Positions 44,701-57,143 of a stretch of DNA of 64,000 nt are shown here, in pieces. A program made the translations under genes and the position numbers. The stretch spans positions 4,402,001 to 4,466,000 of the forward strand of contig CM102288.1 of assembly GCA_046563655.1 (NCBI GenBank). The letters run 5' to 3'. A model generated the notes under the pieces. It saw only the letters and a list, made by a program, of their open reading frames with translations, had not been told where the DNA came from and made no database searches. Numbering within the stretch: position 1 is the stretch's first letter; each line of letters opens with the position of its first letter. Origin of the DNA: Yuukianura sp. NJ FZ-2021 (lineage: Eukaryota).

Positions 44701-47700
44701 TCAAAATTTCAAAAAAAAATGAAAAACAATTGTTTGGAAAAATTTAAATTTAAGAGTTTTTGGAAATTTTGACCCTGACCTTTGACCCCTCGTCACCCAA
44801 GACTTTGCTCAGAGAATACCAGTAAGGCACGTCCAGACCGAGAAACACTTCTCTCGATTCAGCCTTCATGATTTTTTCGTGTTTCAAAATTCCCGCGGTA
44901 GAGCAAATGAACAGCGTCAGAATTTGATTGGCTGGAACTTCCTCTGCCTTTGACTCGTCTTCTCCAGTGATTCCATCGGAACGACGAGTGAATCCCGCCA
45001 AATCCAAGTATTTCGATCTACTTTTAAAATTTGAAACTGATACTGTCGAAGTGCTTTCGTCTGCCAGTTCTTCTTTTTCTGTGTCACGATCTTTGGCGCT
45101 TGAAGATTCTAATTCTTTGGAATCAGTTTCAGCCACTTCGGCTTCATCTTCCGTTGGCGCTCGGAAGCGACGTTTGGATTTCGGCATTGGTTTTTTGTAG
45201 ACTGATTTGGATTTCTTGGAATTGGAATCTACAAAACCTTCATCAGTATCGTCAGTTTTGTTTCGATGTCGAAGTGTCGTTGATTCAGTTTCAAGGTCAT
45301 ATGAGTCTCCTTCTGCAGCAACTGCTGCCCGTTGAGACCGAATTCCAGAGCCACGACGTTGTTCAGCAAGTTCCCACGGTGGGGCTGTGGTGGCTATGGG
45401 TTTTAGACTTTTGCCTTTCTGACTGGACTTTTCAACTTCTGTGATTAGTTGCTGCAATTCTTTCAAATTTGGTGGCTCTCCGACTTCAAATGACTTTAAA
45501 TACTTCTGGTCTTCGCGGGTTCTGAGAAATTTGGTGGCTCTGGTTTTCAAGTACGGATTGGTGGACATGACAATGTCATTCAACGGTCCAGCTTCCTTGG
45601 TCGCTTGGAGGTTTTCATCTTCTTCGTCTTTGGCCACTCTCAGGTCAACTGGAATGACCTTGAGTTCGAGGGCAATGTACTTGGGATCTTCCGCTTCCCA
45701 GCAAATCTTGTAGACAAAGTGACCTGGGAAGGTCATGGACTGCAAAGTGTCGCCAGTCAAGTCCCAAACGTAAAATCGACTATCAGGAACAAAGTTTCTC
45801 TAAAAACACACAAAGTTTTGAATTTCTTGAGCAATTCTGAAAAGGAATTTTGAGAAATCTAAAATATTTACCTTTGCAATGGTAAAAGCAACTTTGGATC
45901 CTTCGATGTTATTCTTGGCTTGAATAATTTCTCCAAAATTTTTGATGTTGGCAGGCAAGTACTTCGAGGGCGAATGAACTTTGGCCTCTCGTCCACCGAC
46001 ATGCCAAATCTTGAGATATCCAGCATCGGTTGCCGAAGTGATGTACTCTCCCGCTCCGGTAAGAGTGATCGGTCGTCCTTCGTCCGTAGTAAACGTCAGT
46101 GTCTGTTTGATTGTGCCCTGGAAAGACTTGACTTGGATTTGGTGAGACTCCAGTACAAAAATGTTCTTTTCAAATAAGTGAATTGTGTCCGACTTTTCCT
46201 TGAACGTTGCACAGAATTTGTAGCTTTTGCCTGCAGGGTCTCTCGTGAATTCGTAGATTTCCAACTGCTGACCGCTCCAGAGACAAAGATGATCAGCTGT
46301 GTTGGTGAAGCCCTTGATTTGAATTTCCGTTTCCAAGTAGAACTTGATCTTGTCCTCAATTTGGTTAACTGCTAACTGAGTCGCTAGAGTTTGGATGATG
46401 CTGACCTGGAAGGTCAAAGGTCAAATAACTATATCTGTGGAGGGGACACAAAAATGTGGTGGATACAATGAATGCAATTCAGGTTTACTCCAACCAAATT
46501 ACCTTGTCTTTGTATGTGGCAACGATCTCTTGCTGTCTTAGAATAAATATGTCACGGACAGCGTTGATCGCCAAAATATCTGGAGCTGTGGGACACCAAC
46601 GTGTGATTCGTGTCGTCGGCGACACTGGCGACGTGCTGTACCATTCCCAACGATCCTCTTCGTTCAAGTACTCACTACCGGGGTCCTTCGGAGTCACTTC
46701 CTTCCACAGAATCAGTTTTCCTTTGTTTGTATTGCAACACAAGTGACCTTTGACCCAGAAAAAAGTCACCTTGACCTTCGTTTCTAGCTGTGATAAATAA
46801 CTACCAAAATACTTTGCATTTTTTCTGTACCTGATTTGTCGTTATAGTCAACGGCACAAATGTACTCATCAGCTGAAAAGTTGAGAGTTCCCTTCGGTTC
46901 CAGAACGAAGTTGTCTCCCGTGTCAACGTCTATTAAACGCACTGAAAGCTCGTCACTGACGATAGCCAATGTGCCAACACCCACCCATGACAGGGTGATG
47001 TCCCCGCGACCGCTGATTTTGACCTGCGAAATGCGATTTGAGTATTAAAATTGTGAGATTTCATGGATTCTCAATACTTTTTACTGCTTTTTGGCTAACC
47101 TTGTTGACCTCTGTGAGGCTACCGTTAGAATCTACTTCAAATTGGCCCAAAATGGCTGCATCGGTCATGACAATTAAAACTTCGCGGGATTGATGGTAGA
47201 GTAAGAATTTGACAGAGGATCCCGATGTTAGCACTTCTTCACTCGTTCCGTCATCTTTCAAATAAAATATGGCCCCTACACGAACAACGAACCATGATGA
47301 TTAATTATATACATTATATTAATTGATTTATGCACATTAATTGAATAATCACCACTTACCGTTCAGAAGACCCACAAAGAAGCTCCTACTAGTTGAGCTG
47401 TTGTCGCTTCTTCCACTTTTGTAGTGACTGTCGCCAGTATCCCTTCGCGCCGTTTTCGGTCGCCATGTCGTGACACGATTCAGCGATCTTTCCGTTGTGT
47501 CACTGTGGGAAATTCAGTAAAAAATCGCTGCACCAACGTTTTTTTTTAGTCGTTGGACTTACGTTTTTGGTTGGATTGTTTGTCGTCTGAAAACAAGTTG
47601 AGAAACGACATCCTTGAAATCATGATTTGCCTTGGCTTGAATATGACCTTCGTCGTTGCTACTCCAAACGACGAGTGACCCCAGACTGTCAGCCGAGACC

Positions 47701-48141
47701 AGATTGGATCCGCAGTGACTCCAGCCAAGTACAACGATTGTCCCGATGTGGTTCTTAACGCCTTCAAACGTTTCACTTTCGTTGTGGTTCCAGACGAGAA
47801 CTTCTCCTGTGTCATAGCCAATGGCCAGGAAAGGTTCCAGGGGATGCCAACTGATGCAGGTCACACGAACGCCCAGCCTCGTATCGGCTCCAATGTCATT
47901 CGTTTCATCTTTCTGAAAACAGGTAAGGTCAAAGGTCAATTTCACTCTCAATTAAACTAGGTTGTAACTATGGTTGGCAATTTTTTACCGAATGATCGTA
48001 GATTGATACTAAGCCGCCTTTTCGTTCATCGTCAACGATAATTGCCAGAAGAGGAATCACTTTGTGCCATTTTATATCCAAGTAAATTCGGTTTCCAGCA
48101 GAGGCTGGAGCCGGAAGCTTTTTGTCAAAAAAGATTGACAT
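41770..48141 (-). CDS. IFT140: Intraflagellar transport protein 140 (IFT-A; WD40 propellers + TPR solenoid), many exons
   Basis: N-terminus MSIFFDKKL...WHKVIPLLAI and WD repeats (ISWHPLEPFLAIG). Also [99 protein letters not shown] and an acidic tail ending TGA 41772-41770. Confidence 0.95.
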
Positions 48142-48286
48142 GTTTTGGTTTGAAATCAGAGGAACTTTAACCTTTGACCTTTCGAAATCCTTTTCTATCC
48201 AAGTCCACAAATCAATCAAGGTTATCAAAAGTGCAATCAATAGTGCCTGTTTTCATGATTTGCTGCTCCGTTTTGCTGTGTAATTG

Positions 48287-48300
48287 GTTGTCATGGGAAT
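48287..48300. promoter_or_regulatory. RFX X-box upstream of IFT140
   Basis: GTTGTCATGGGAAT, about 145 bp upstream of the IFT140 ATG, is a near match to the X-box palindrome GTTNCCATGGNAAC. IFT genes are established RFX targets. Confidence 0.55.
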
Positions 48301-48705
48301 TTAACGTACGATGTCACGAACAGTCATCATCATCGGGTTCTTAGAAGTTGCCGTGCTTAGAAAAAAGAAGTTCTCAAAATCTGAAGTTTAGGAAGGTGTG
48401 TTAATTAACTAAGATTATAACTATTTAATTAATAATCAAAATTATATAAGTAAAATAATAATATCTTTACTTTAGTAAAAACCTTTTGATGAGTTCCCAA
48501 AATTTTTGAAATTTTCATTGCTGTAAGGCGATTAAAATGCTTCGGGGTGTGGCAAACAAAAAGCGCGGGAGTCGGACAATTTTAAATTTGTAAACAAGCG
48601 AAAAAATGAAAATGAAAAATTGAAATGACTTGTAATGTAATTTACAAGTTGTAAATTGAATTTCGTCTTACTAATTCATTTATTTTAATTAACAGTTGAT
48701 AAGTG

Positions 48706-49377
48706 ATGATGAGGAAGTCAGTTAATTTGCTACTCAAATTGGCGTGTCCTAATAGAATATACGAGACGGTCCAGGCGGCACCACGATTTTCAATAAGATT
48801 TTTCACTTCTACCACCATCAGAATCTTCCGGATCCGGGACGACATCTCGCCTTTGACACCTAATTTCACTAGGTCTTACTCAACTCTACAAGTTAAACGT
48901 CCATCAACTGTTGGTGATGATCGTCCAAACGCTAAAACGACTGTTCCAGATGACGAGGAAGTGGACAGGCTCACTTCTTCAACATTAACGCTTGAACTTA
49001 TTAATCATTTGGAGCGAACGAGTCTCGTTGAATTCGGAAACGAAGAGGCATTGAGCAGACTCTCAGAAGCCATCAATTTTTCTAAAGTCCTCTTTGAAGT
49101 AGATACAACAGGAGTAGAACCAATGGTGTCAGTTTTAGACAAATCGTAAGTACACTGATTACAATTTTACTCCAATCGAAGTACGGTTTAACATAAACAT
49201 CCTTTTCTTAATCTTCTCTAACCATGCAGGTCTCTACGTCTGCGGGATGACATCGTGGAAGTAGCAAGTCGTGATGATATACTGATGAATGCTGAACTAG
49301 TCGAAGAGGACTTTTTTGTGTCACCGCCTGGAAATATTCCGTTATCCCCGAAAACCAAGGATGACTTCCTAAAGTGA
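48706..49377 (+). CDS. GATC: Mitochondrial glutamyl-tRNA(Gln) amidotransferase subunit C; exons 48706-49145, 49230-49377
   Basis: R-rich presequence-like N-terminus, then LINHLERTSLVEFGNEEALSRLSEAINF...VDTTGVEPMVSVL-SLRLRDDIV...ILMNA...EEDFFVSPPGNIPL. Confidence 0.92.
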
Positions 49378-49668
49378 AAACACAACAAATTGAGAAATCA
49401 GATCGGGCAGGCCTCCATATTTGAACGACGACGTCGTCGAGACAACAACAGTTTCTGAACTGTTTTGTCAATAAAACGGAAATGTAACTTTTGTGTGGGA
49501 TTACGGCCGCCGCGGCCTTCGAAACCAATTTTGGCAGTAGTAGTCCTCTGTCTCCTATGTCGTGTCCTCGATAACGAGTTTCTTCTTTCTTCAGCACTTT
49601 TCCAAATTCCAAAATTTTAAAAATTCTGAAACTCTAAATTTCAAAAATTTTAAATTGGAAACTGAAAC

Positions 49669-49932
49669 ATGGGCGTCGTGACCATTGTAAGGAATGCGGT
49701 TGCCTTTGCAGTAGCGGTACTGCTCATCATCTGCTTGGCTGACGGAGTCTACCGTGCCACGCAGAATCTGGATTTGGTAGTGACCATCGGATTAGCCGCG
49801 ATGGGCTTTGCAATCGTTTTTCAAGTATTCCAGTGCTGTTTTTTGGATGACAATGGTACTTCGTCAAGCGCAAGTCCGAACCAGGGAAATCGACGACAAA
49901 GTACTCGGTGCTCAAGATCAAGAGGACGCTAA
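49669..49932 (+). CDS. Small (87 aa) two-TM membrane protein, unknown family
   Basis: Single-exon ORF with a good start context (AAACATGG), two hydrophobic helices and a CC pair after TM2. AATAAA follows at ~50049. Confidence 0.55.
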   Translation: MGVVTIVRNAVAFAVAVLLIICLADGVYRATQNLDLVVTIGLAAMGFAIVFQVFQCCFLDDNGTSSSASPNQGNRRQSTRCSRSRGR

Positions 49933-50166
49933 ACTTTGCACTTCGATTCGATTCCGAACGTCAAGAAAGAGACAACCAGGAAATAGTATAGTTTCAAAGT
50001 TATGCGAAACAGTTGAGAAACGTTGATTGTTATTGATTTTTTTACAAGAATAAAATGTCAATGTTCTTAAGAATTTAAAATTTATCCTTACTTCATACTG
50101 TATTTGACGACCGAGAAAACGATTACGGATGGGACACTTTCTTGTTCGACGACGAAGTGCGATAGG

Positions 50167-51563
50167 CTATGCCTCATCTGGAGGAAGATGTGAAGATAGT
50201 ATGCAATCAATTAACTCCATCTTCACATCTTCAGAAGACTCCATTCCCTTTAGGAAATTGTTTTGAACCAGGAAACGACATGCACCAAGAACAGCATTGC
50301 GTTCGTCACAGATTTCGTCATCTAACAACTGTAACAGAAAATCAGTTTTAAAAAAGACGAGTCAGAGGACGACAGTTATGTTTTTGTAGAATTAGAGTCA
50401 TACAGCCTAGTGACTTACTCTGGCAAGAAGTGTTGGTTCACGGTCCGTCCTTCTCATCCGCTTTTGGGGAACTCGTTTCGGTGGGTGCTGAAGTTGACCA
50501 GTTCCTTCGGTCGGCTTACAATTAGAATTTTTGTTCCGTTTCCGCCTCTGACGATTGGTTTTACTTTTAGTACTTGGAAACTGCTGCGCTTTCTGGTGAT
50601 CTTGCCCATGAAGAGCTGTAGTGTTTCCTTGTAACCTTTGGTGCTGCATTTCGACTTGGGAATGCGGACGGTTGTTTGGATAACTTTCGTTTACGACAAT
50701 GTCAGATTCGGTTGGCAGGTTTTTAGTGACGACTTTAACTTCCAAAGCAGATTCTTCTCGAATTTCTCCATCTAACGTATCAACAAAAATTAATGGATTT
50801 AAACTTAACATGCTCATCTTCGTCAATTAGTAATTAAGCTTACCTTCAAGATCTGTATCTGTACCGTACCCAGCTAGTGCTGCTAATGCTACTGGAACTA
50901 CGGAATCGACTTGTCCTGGTGTTACTGGAATTGACGGTAGTGACGCTGTCACTTTCTAGACAGGGTAAAATGAAAAATAAAAAATATTGTTTTATTTAAA
51001 AAAGTATTGATACAATGTAGTGACAACACCACGAATTGACGTATTTTTCTGGTGCTAAATACCTCTTCTAACAACTCATCCTCATCATCGGTGATTGATT
51101 CTCCGAAGTCGCCTGATTCAGGCTCACCCTCTTCCTCGACGACTTCGGTATTTTCGGAATCCCATATCGTGAGTTTCTCTTTGATCAAATTCCCCGTCGA
51201 GTCTATGTGAACTCTGTTATAAAAGCTCTGGAGTAATACAACCTCTGATTGATTCGGAGGAAGGCGATGATTGACCCACGAAGAACTGGGATTATGAAAT
51301 GAGTGCTGGTTTGGATTCGTACGTTTTCCGTGGTCCCTCTCTTCTTTCAGAGCATATCGGAAGATTTTCCGGTTGAATCTTCTAGGCAAGAACTTGGCTC
51401 CTCTTTCAGTGAATCCTACCCGCTGAACTTCCTTTCGCTGAACGTTGGTCACTGACGGATAGTTACATTTCCGATTGTCTCTCCACTTAGCAATTGCCTC
51501 TGGTGAATCATCGCCAAATCCTTGTTCTAAAACTCTAATCAGCACGTTTGGATCCTTTTCCAT
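50167..51563 (-). CDS. NUFIP1: NUFIP1/Rsa1 box C/D snoRNP assembly factor, 4 coding exons
   Basis: PEP motif DSPEAIAKWRDNRKCNYPS (NUFIP1-type .TPEEI..WR.ERRKNYPT). Middle LAALAGYGTDTD. Spliced C-terminal PTLLAR-LLDDEICDERNAVLGACRFLVQNNF (ZNHIT3-binding region). Stop TAG at 50169-50167. Confidence 0.88.
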
Positions 51564-53877
51564 TCCAACCACTTAAGATGAGGCCAATTCCAATTCAATC
51601 CAAGCACCTAAAACAATGTAACATAAAATAGGAGCTACTATTTTATTTTAGCAGTTCATTTTTTTAAATCACGAAATGATAACGTAAACGCTTACCTCGG
51701 CTCAGAATTTGTTTGATGCTTAATGATGATACGTTCTGACAGTTTTTTACACGTTAATTCAATAAATTAACGTTGATTTAATCATAAACCATTACAGAGT
51801 TGCCTCCCACACTCAACACTTTGGTAAACAAACACGCATGTAAAAAAACACATGCAGCAAAACTCCGTATTATTGGCGCCGTGAAGCAGGGTGCGGCCAA
51901 ACCTCAGATAAATCTGAACGTTCTGAGAGATCGCAAGAGCGAGAGCGTTCCTCTATTTCGCATAATACCTTTGGTTTCCAATAACTATAAAGCTAATTAA
52001 CGTTACTGACTTAACTATTTTACTCTCAATTAAAATGAACTAGTATGACATTTGGATTTTCCTGGTTGCAAGAATTGCCAAAATTTAATAGACATCAGTG
52101 AGTATACCTCTACTTTCAGCAATTCAAAACCAAATAACTTGTGTGAAAGTGGAAGGCTGTTTACGTTTAACTGGTTCCAATTAATATTATTATATGCAGT
52201 TATAAATTATTGAAACGTGTCCGCAGAAGGGGATGTTTGGCCACTGCCCCTTAAGTCCCCACCCCAGCAGCGTCCAAATCCATAATTCAATTCCCTCCCG
52301 AGTAATGGAACGCAGAGAAAGTTTTATTTTCCCTTCTCCAAAACTTTTGTGGCCTGACCCACAATTAAGGGGGGTATGTTAGGTTACGTACTGCCTTTGG
52401 TTTTCTCGTAAACGAACTGAGGGATAAGGGCAGGGGGAGCACTTAATAAGGGTCCAGAGAGTGAGTTATGAGTGAAAGTAAATGGGATGAAAAGAGCCCA
52501 TTCCAACACACTTTCTCCGCCCAGGCCTTTTCACACTTTTGGCACCCACCAACGCATTTCCTAAATCACAATTCCAACTCCAACTGATCCCAATTGACTT
52601 CTATCGGATTAGTAAATTCCATGCCTAGCCATTTTCACCCCAGAAAGAGCCAATACTTGCCCAGTTCTGTTGTGTCCAGTACTCTCCCACTTCCATTGTT
52701 TAATTAAAGCCCACTTTTCAACTAACTTGTGTTGAAAAAAGAAAGCGAAAGTTTTGGTACCAATTTCATGCCTCACCACACTCCTGATTTATGTGAATTC
52801 CAAAGTCTTAGCAAACCTCTGCTTCTCCTGGTTTTCCATTCCAATTGGAAGGGAGAGTGTGGTAGTGAAAGGCAGTGAAAGAAAAAGTATACAAAATAAA
52901 TAAAAGAAAATTGTTTGGAAAAGGGAATAAAGGCGCAGATGGGAAATCAGGCTTTTGGGAAAAAGAGAAAACCAACGTTTTCAGCCTATTATTGAAAAAA
53001 AACGGGAAAAGTCGGATTTTTTCGCTTTTCTATTTTCCACTTTCTCCCGTTTTTTGGATTTTCCAGGAGTGAGAAATGGAGAAAGTTTCAATTAACGAAA
53101 CTCAAATTGTTTCAATTTGTCTCCATTTCTCATCACCCAGACTGTTTTCTCAAACATATACACTGCATGTTAGTGTTGGTTGTTGTTTCAACCTGTGCAA
53201 ATAACTAACTGTTTTTCGTTTTTTCGAATTGAAAAATGGCAAAAAAAAAAGTTTAATTTGATTCCTGTGCTGCTGGATTTCCAGCTTTCACTGGCTAGAT
53301 TTTCCTTGGTGAAAGTCGTTTCCTCTCAATTGCTCACTTTCTCCTGAGAATTACCTAACCTTAACCTTATCACTTTGTTACTGCTTTTGGTCTTCTAATC
53401 AACCAAGACATTACACTTGCACTTCCTTCAACAAAAACTAACCAATCAGAACTTTGTCTTTCGCATTTTCCCGTAGTGCGTAACTCCCATGGGTCAAATC
53501 CAATGACCCCACAGTTCTAACAAGGGTCACGAAGAGGAAACCTGTATCGGATGTTGAACAAAACCCGGGATAACTTCCTGTGCTTCATTCTCCGTGTCAT
53601 GTCAACTTCATTTCCCAAAAACGTGCTCTGGTTCACTCATTTTCGTTTTTTTTCTACTTTCTCTAAAGATTCGAATTCGAATCAAGGAAGATTTCAGGAG
53701 ATTCCGAAGTGCAGTGTAAATACTCTTGGGAATCAAAGTGCAATTACTTCTGAGAAGAAAAAATTAATTCTGATCATGACTCACGTTTTGGACCAATTTG
53801 TGACCTCGACTAATTCCAAATGCAACTGCACTTGACCCCATGTCCACCAAAAGGCTCAACAGCAAAATCATCTACAT

Positions 53878-54036
53878 TCAAAAAAGTCAAAAGCAAAGTC
53901 AAAACAATCAATAGCGTTGACAAAATCATAGTCAATATGGTCAAAAACATCGACAAACTCATAGTCAAAATAGTCAAAAAAGTCAAAATCATAGACAAAA
54001 CGTCAATAGCAGAGGCAAAAAAGTCAAAATCAAAAT
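53878..54036. repeat. Degenerate minisatellite of GTCAAAA-containing ~9-bp units
   Basis: caaaaaagtcaaaagcaaagtcaaaac...atagtcaaaatagtcaaaaaagtcaaaatcatagacaaaacgtcaatag. It produces the spurious repetitive ORFs 53820+ and 53810-. Confidence 0.7.
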
Positions 54037-54969
54037 GAGCCACATAGTGGAATGCGACTAGCAATTTTCCTTTGTAGTCGAACTGACAAAGGAAGTGAAA
54101 GGATTGGATTCTACGGAGGATGAATAGAAGAGAAAATGGATTTTGGTTTTGATGTGAATGTCAATTCAGCGCAAAATAACTTTGATTCGTTCACAAAGCG
54201 TTTGATGTTGATCCCATTTTTAAGAAAGTTTTTTGAAAAAGGAAAAGTTAATCTTGACATACGGTGCTAAGCCAAAGAGCGCTTTCTTTTAAAGCCACTT
54301 TCCTTAGCCCCTAACACCTTCCACTTATCCTTAACGATTACGGACTCAGTTCAAAAGAGAGTCGTTCGGAGTTGGAGCCCATTTGAACGAGGAATGTGGA
54401 ATGGAATTCGTCTTCCACCGTCTTTTCCCGCTTCAGAATGACCTCTGACATGACACTTTTCCTTTACCTTTATGACCTCATCCCTACCATAACATAGCTT
54501 ATGCTACTATCTCGCACTCCATTTCCTTGCAATGGCAGTGGCAACATTCAAATGCAGTGAAAATGTGAACTGAAACATATTCGAGTGACAAAAGTGCAAC
54601 TAAAATGAAACCCAAACTTGTCAAAAAAGTTCAACACCCAAAATAGAAATCAGACAGACAGACAGACCCACAATGTCGATGCAAAAAGTAGCTTTCGCTA
54701 CTTTATAAACAGAAACGAAATCTATTTTCAAAAAGTTCAACAAAAGAAAAGTTATAAGAAACTTACGGTAATATTTGGAAAACCGAAAATTTCCTATACA
54801 TTGACAAAAACTTAACGGAAATGAGACCTAATTTTGAATAGTTCAACACTAATAGCATTTTTTTAATTTCATGTTAAGTGACATTGAAAAAATCAGTTTT
54901 CAAAATTCGAGGAAAGGTTTTTGAACAAAAGGCGATTTTTCTTTCGTGTGGATTGTGGATTGAAGTGGA

Positions 54970-56462
54970 TTATGGAACGCAAACGGATCCACAAATGTCG
55001 GGGTCGCTGACCTTGACCTGCCGTGCCACGTTATTACCACTTCCATATCCTTCGTTTTCAGTTGAGTACATGAAGGGAACGCTTGCCTCTGCGTTTGTCA
55101 GTTTTGGCTGAATGTAGTATGCCTTGAAGGGACTCGTGAAGTTGTTCTTGTCCTGGGCAGAGTAGGGGTGCGAGTAAGTGTCCTGGTTGGTCGTGGTCAT
55201 ACCGCTGCAAAAAAGTGTATAAAAATTTGACCTTTGACCTTGTTGACAATTTTACTTTCGAGCTTACTAGAGTTCCACTGGGGGAAAGACGCGAGGTGGA
55301 CAGCCTTTGTACAAGTGACGTCGGAAAAACAGTTTTCGACCTGCGTCGTTTCCTGTTGCCGATGGATAGTCCTTCAGATAGTCCAGACTGACGTGCGGCT
55401 CAAACCGAGGTTCCAATGGATCTTCCATTGGTCCAACAACAATGTCTTCCACCATCCGATACTTAAAAAACAAGTACAGGTCAATTGTTAACCCATGGCA
55501 TGTGTAGGTCAATCGCTAACCCATGACATGGGGTAATGCTAATTGACTTACATTTGACCTGACCAGGCCTGTCCCCTTGACCTTGGTGTCTTGCTTGTAC
55601 CGCCGGATTTCTTCTGGACTGAACCCACGATGGGTCATTCGAGATGTGGTCAAATAGGGATGTGACATGCGCAGAACAGAGTAGGGCACATCAGGGTCAA
55701 AACCAAAGACAGCGTCTGCTCTAATCGGCAAATACTAAAAACGAAAAGGTCAAATGTCAAAGTGATCAACAGAAGCGTGTGATTGGTTAGAATTGAAGTT
55801 GAAACTGACGACGTCACGATGCGTGATGTGGAGTCTCGGAGGTCCATAGATGTCATGAATTCGGTGTTTAGCTCTGAATTCTTCATGAGTTTCTGACAAG
55901 TGATAGACTGGATTCGGGTTGAAGTCTCCCTGAGCAATCTGTTAAAGGTCAAAGGTCAAATTTTGACCTTCACGTTAACCTTTTGGTTAAAATTTAGGTT
56001 ATTTTTGGAAGCATTTTTAGTCACCTTGCGATGAAAGTCTGGTTTTATGTAGTCGACACGACGCAGAGATGCTGGCAAGTAGTGCTGCGGCTGCTCAAAC
56101 TCGCATTCCCAGTACTTTGGCCCATGGAAAACTTTGTTTGAAGTGATGTAGGTGTCATGGAAGATGACCGGGTTACGCATTCGAAGTTCCAACGGCTGTG
56201 CATCGTAGATTGACGTCTGAAAAAAGACAAACGTTTGAATTGAAAATTTTAAAGAATCCCAAAATTTGGAATTCGGACGCTAATTTACGTAATTCACGCG
56301 TCCCAGGCGCGTATTATCAAAAAGTAAACTTACCCGAGGCGGATGGGTGTTTAAACACGGTTCCGGTTTGTACGCATGGCTGATTTCGTTGGCCGTGATC
56401 AGTCCGCGTACGTTACACTCATTTTGGTATCCAACCAATCTCTGTTTCCGACCTTTCATCAT
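54970..56462 (-). CDS. Uncharacterised ~343-aa protein resembling ciliary/sperm microtubule inner proteins; exons 56462-56334, 56216-56025, 55938-55810, 55734-55582, 55461-55268, 55204-54970
   Basis: Six GT-AG exons splice into one open frame. The protein is P/Y/H-rich with recurring short motifs YITSNKVFH, LSETHEEF, YLTTSRMTHRGF, MTTTNQDTY and YSTENEGYGS. An X-box lies upstream. The gene model is firmer than the functional call. Confidence 0.75.
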
Positions 56463-56599
56463 CTCAAGTACTCCTTTTGTTCAACTTTTTTCAATTCTCA
56501 ACTTGAAAATGTTCAGAACAAGAAAATTTCAAGCAGACATCCCTCAAGCTCAGAAAGAAAAGCCGCAACTTTGGATTCTTTGATAGATCAAACTCTGAC

Positions 56600-56613
56600 A
56601 TTTCCATGGCAAC
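56600..56613. promoter_or_regulatory. RFX X-box
   Basis: ATTTCCATGGCAAC (reverse complement GTTGCCATGGAAAT), 138 bp upstream of the ATG at 56462. Confidence 0.65.
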
Positions 56614-57143
56614 TTGAGAATATGCTGGTAGAAATCAGTGAAAGTTCGCTTGCTTTTACTTTTGTTTCGCTCACTCCGCATCCTCAATGCATAGTACTAC
56701 TGTTTAGTAGACAAAAACTAAAAGTAAAATGCGGGAGGATTTCAAAAATTTGAAAAGTTGATAAAGACGTAAAAGTTGGGAGAAAGCGGGTAAAAGTTTT
56801 AGTTCATTTCCACAGACACACAGCAAAGAGCGGGAAAGACGAAAGAGAAATAAGAAAGGAAATCGTCCTTTCTTTACGTCTCACGCCACATTTAGTTTCA
56901 AAAACACTTTGGACTTTCAAGAGCACAGTCCTCAACTTAATACTTTGTTTTCTTACTGTTTAGTTTTGTTCTCAAAAGTAAGTACTGGAGTCATCCAAAG
57001 GTCAATGACCCGACAACTCAAAACTTCAAATTAAAAAAAAAGTCGCTTCAAATCAAACAAATTTAAAAAAGAAGAATGCAGAAAGTAATTTCCAGAGTTA
57101 ATTCCAAAAAAGTCAGTTTTTTTGTCATTCCGGATGTCGTGTC

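Noticed and set aside
53810..54064. Hydrophobic and Lys-rich ORFs on both strands
   Set aside because: Translation artefacts of the GTCAAAA minisatellite.
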